A DNA stretch of 64,000 nt. Source: Candidatus Poribacteria bacterium. GTDB taxonomy: Bacteria; Poribacteria; WGA-4E; WGA-3G. Under the pieces are notes generated by a model, which was not told the DNA's origin, ran no database searches, and saw only the letters and a list, made by a program, of their open reading frames with translations. The stretch is from contig OZ243938.1 in assembly GCA_965214095.1 (NCBI GenBank), positions 4,384,001 to 4,448,000 of the forward strand, in the 5' to 3' direction. A program made the translations under genes and the position numbers. Below, piece after piece: positions 60,817-64,000 of this stretch; within the stretch, counting starts at the first letter, position 1; each line of letters starts with the position of its first letter.

Positions 60817-63216
60817 TTATTTCAACATAAACCTTTCTTTCCATTTCCGATTATCCAACCACTTCACAGAATAAAAGAGCAAGTTCTCCATCAATTTATT
60901 GTTGATAGCTGCATCTCTTTCTGTATCGTTCTTCAAACTGGTAACAATATACAATCCCTTCTGAAACGGCAATGTAAGCAGAGCCGATGCATCTTCTTTC
61001 GTTGACTTTGCAAGAGAATTCCATTTACCGAGTGGGTCCACCCACATATCGTCAAGCCGGACTAAAGGAACCTCTTTCGTATCGGGTGTAGTGTTCAACA
61101 CATTCGGTTTGTTGAATATGTGAGCACGTCTCCCTTGTGAAGTCGGCAAAAGTTCGTCCTCTTCGTCATACTCTATACCAGTCAATGGTTCAGGTATCCA
61201 ACCAGCACCGCGACGTTGTCTATAGTTCGCCTTCACATCTTGTCCAGAAACGATGACTACGCCACCCTGACTCACAAAATTCTTGATACGGTGTTCAGAA
61301 TCAATATTCAATCGATAGCCACCCTTGTAGATTTCACCATTACCAATCCAAAGAATATCCATTTTTGCCAGACGGTCATTTCGTAAAGTGTCAACAGGTT
61401 CATAGAGCATGTGGTGTTCATTGATATATTCAAATCTTTCAAGAATAGGATATTCAACATTCGTGCCATTGCTTGTGAGTGCCATCACTTTCAGAGGTAG
61501 ACGGAGTTCAGCCTTAGATGGAATTATTTTCTTCATCATAGGAATTCGTAAACGCCGCTTTACCTTTATCGGATATGTTAGCATGCCAAACGCTTCCTTC
61601 TGAAGTTCGTTTTCACGTATCTGTTCTACAATTTCGTTTTGGGCAGCAAGTTTATGTGAGAAGTATGGAATCGCCTTCTTATGTATAGGAATATTTTTTC
61701 GCAATGCATTATCAAAATGTGCGTATGCACCTTCCACTTCCCATCGACGACTATAACTTGAATCAACAGACTTCACGTCAAGTCGATCTTCATTGACATT
61801 AGTAATGTATCCATGCACAAGGTTCATACCATGGATCGGACGTCCTTGAGAATCCTCAATCGCTATCTCTTCAGTTTCACTCTTTTCAAGCATCGCATCT
61901 GTTAATGCGGTTATGCTGAACGTCTCTACTTGTCGTTTTTCTCCGCTTTCAATAATCGTACATATACCCTTACGCGGAAAGATAACATCAGCATCACGGA
62001 AAGATCGAAATTCAACGTTGATTTTCTTGAAATTCCTCGGAGTGCGGTGTTCCGGGATTGAGACGCGATCAAAGGGGGCTATTTTATGTTGCGATACCGG
62101 ATTGATACGTAACCTCCTAACACTAAGGGGTTCTATGTGCCACTTAAATTCCAAATTTCTTCCCCAAGGAGGAGATCCGTCATGCAGTCTAATATGACCA
62201 ACCTGTATAGAATAAGCTGTATTGTTTTCAAAAACCAGAAAGTATTTTCCCTCTTGTTCTACCATACGCGTTCTGAGTCCACGATCATCACGACGGTTTA
62301 TCCCATTAATATTATGTTTGTATTCTATCTCATATCCCCATTGGTCTCTGAATTCATGCCCATCCTTGTCTTTTACAGTCATGAAGGACATATACTCTTT
62401 ATTGTAATCTTTTAACAGCCCCATGTATTCACCGTCAGCATGCTTAACACTTTGTATTCTGAACTTTACGCGAGTTCCGACAAGACGTTCAATTATCCTT
62501 TCATAACTTTCTTCTGCCATAAAACCTTTTTCGGTTTCTTTCTGTAACTGATTTAATTCGCTCGCCGTATTACTTTCTCCACCCATTTCAGCTGCAGCCT
62601 TATCAATACGTTCTAACTGTTGTTGTAAAGGTTTTGTCGCACCTTTGATACCATGCCCAATCATGTTTATTGCATTTTGCACGGCTCCTCCTAATTCAAC
62701 AAACATGTTTCTGATTCTACGGACAACCCGTTGAGATAAGGGAGGATTAAGCAGACGTTCATGATCCCATGCACGTTCACGTTTTTCACGTTCATTCATA
62801 ATGTCATGGTATCTGATATAAGCACCAATATTATTCTGTAATTCATCCTTGCTGAAAATATAACTCGGAGCTTGTCCGCGCTGCCTCGATTCTTCGGATA
62901 CAATCTCAGCACCTTTCATATCTATACGCATTGTTCCATGATAACGGTGTCCGTTTTTCATATGAAAGACTACATACTTGTTCATAAGTGTCTTTTGCAG
63001 TCTATCTTTCTTAAACAATCGTACAAGATAAGCGATGCCATGGAAGACGAACACTGCGACAACAACAAATACACCTGACAGAATTCTGTTCCATATAGTT
63101 CCCGTACCATCCTGCAATTCGTCAGCAATACCCTCTTCCTGACCAAATGCGGTGATAGATAAAAGTACTATACCTAAAATGAGAATCAGTTGGACAAATT
63201 GTTTTTTTCTAAACAT
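60817..63216 (-). CDS. hypothetical membrane-anchored protein with C-terminal GATase-like domain
   Basis: Signal peptide plus a second TM helix; DILWIG...IKNFVSQGGVVIV...GLYIVTS...LMENLL; GGAGG RBS. Confidence 0.7.
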   Translation of the reverse strand: MFRKKQFVQLILILGIVLLSITAFGQEEGIADELQDGTGTIWNRILSGVFVVVAVFVFHGIAYLVRLFKKDRLQKTLMNKYVVFHMKNGHRYHGTMRIDMKGAEIVSEESRQRGQAPSYIFSKDELQNNIGAYIRYHDIMNEREKRERAWDHERLLNPPLSQRVVRRIRNMFVELGGAVQNAINMIGHGIKGATKPLQQQLERIDKAAAEMGGESNTASELNQLQKETEKGFMAEESYERIIERLVGTRVKFRIQSVKHADGEYMGLLKDYNKEYMSFMTVKDKDGHEFRDQWGYEIEYKHNINGINRRDDRGLRTRMVEQEGKYFLVFENNTAYSIQVGHIRLHDGSPPWGRNLEFKWHIEPLSVRRLRINPVSQHKIAPFDRVSIPEHRTPRNFKKINVEFRSFRDADVIFPRKGICTIIESGEKRQVETFSITALTDAMLEKSETEEIAIEDSQGRPIHGMNLVHGYITNVNEDRLDVKSVDSSYSRRWEVEGAYAHFDNALRKNIPIHKKAIPYFSHKLAAQNEIVEQIRENELQKEAFGMLTYPIKVKRRLRIPMMKKIIPSKAELRLPLKVMALTSNGTNVEYPILERFEYINEHHMLYEPVDTLRNDRLAKMDILWIGNGEIYKGGYRLNIDSEHRIKNFVSQGGVVIVSGQDVKANYRQRRGAGWIPEPLTGIEYDEEDELLPTSQGRRAHIFNKPNVLNTTPDTKEVPLVRLDDMWVDPLGKWNSLAKSTKEDASALLTLPFQKGLYIVTSLKNDTERDAAINNKLMENLLFYSVKWLDNRKWKERFMLK

Positions 63217-63242
63217 GATACAATCCTCCCCTAAATAGCACC

Positions 63243-63998
63243 TTAATAAATAGGCACTCCGTTTTCAGATGCAATTCTCCTGACATTAGTATTCGCAAGA
63301 GGGATTTTTTCATTTGGCAGATGTTCAATTAACCCGTAACCATCAGGATAGAGAGCATCATGCCGCTTCAATGCAACACTCAATTCCAATTCCCCCTCAC
63401 CAGGAACTTCCTCATTCAGATGCAAAACTAATCCTTTTTCAACACGGATATCCTTAATATGTGCCATCGGTGCGACCGGTCCCATAACATCAAAAATATG
63501 ATTAAGCCTCTCTTCACTATCGTAAACCTGTCTCAGTGTCTGAAAATGATTCACAAAATCCATCACGATCCGCAACCTATCTGAACCGACCTTCTCAACC
63601 ACTTCTCGGCAAGTTTCAGGTGAATCCATTATTGAGACTGCATGTGTCTCCATGACAAGCGTCAATTCCACGCGTTCCGCATGCGCTGCTATCGGTTTTA
63701 ATGTCTCAATTAACCTCTCCATCGATTCTGGTAAGTAGTTATCACGATGCGATGTCCACGCCCCCTCCGGATTTAGACTTCCCGGACGGAATAGGTAATG
63801 AAACGCACCGAGATCCTTCGCCACTGGCATACCACAATTCACTGCTTCAATCGCTGCTTGACGAACAGAAGGATTCGGATCAAACAAGCATTCCGAATAA
63901 GTTATACCAAATTGTACCAGATCAAGGTCTGCTTTTGCAAGGAGAAAACGAAATTGTTCACATTCATCTGCGGAAACCTGTGGGATATTAGCACTTGC
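63243..63998 (-). CDS. sugar phosphate isomerase/epimerase (xylose isomerase-like TIM barrel), 5' end outside the window
   Basis: Frame is open to the window edge; MET, MDFVN, HIKD, PGEG.L, IEH motifs. Confidence 0.85.
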   Translation of the reverse strand, partial: ASANIPQVSADECEQFRFLLAKADLDLVQFGITYSECLFDPNPSVRQAAIEAVNCGMPVAKDLGAFHYLFRPGSLNPEGAWTSHRDNYLPESMERLIETLKPIAAHAERVELTLVMETHAVSIMDSPETCREVVEKVGSDRLRIVMDFVNHFQTLRQVYDSEERLNHIFDVMGPVAPMAHIKDIRVEKGLVLHLNEEVPGEGELELSVALKRHDALYPDGYGLIEHLPNEKIPLANTNVRRIASENGVPIY

Positions 63999-64000
63999 AA

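Noticed and set aside
63701-63991. 96-aa plus-strand ORF
   Set aside because: Antisense to the TIM-barrel gene, whose frame stays open to the window edge

Overview
Bacterial chromosomal window of mostly low-GC DNA. The gene content (many WD40 proteins, a dockerin-like/FlgD-type C-terminal domain protein, PhyH and several Gfo/Idh/MocA enzymes) suggests a Ca. Poribacteria-like organism; this taxonomy is an inference. From left to right: (1) 0.2-7.2 kb, a minus-strand metal (probably zinc) uptake cluster: a His-rich CxxC/RAPP leader ORF, His-rich lipoprotein, ZnuD-like TonB-dependent receptor, MerC-domain protein, then a higher-GC block with a small Cys protein, COG0523 GTPase and WD40 protein. 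(2) 7.6-20 kb, a DNA phosphorothioation defence island: dndCDE facing a pbeA-pbeB-pbeC-pbeD operon that ends in an unusual nuclease-like/DGQHR fusion gene. pbeA is split by a 1488-bp IS4-type element with 16-bp perfect IRs and a 20-bp target duplication, and pbeB (56 aa) is missing from the ORF track. (3) 20-39 kb, secreted proteins and metabolic genes, including a eukaryote-type glutamine-dependent NAD synthetase. (4) 40-52.7 kb, six co-oriented WD40 paralogues sharing an N-cap motif, one fused to an ECF sigma factor. (5) 52.7-64 kb, catabolic enzymes, an NhaC-family transporter, a UPF0182 protein and hypotheticals. Intergenic regions hold about ten 100-250 bp elements in which GTAG-anchored REP-like hairpins sit inside MITE-like terminal inverted repeats. 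No rRNA, tRNA or CRISPR array was recognised. All family assignments come from reading motifs by eye, not from database searches.
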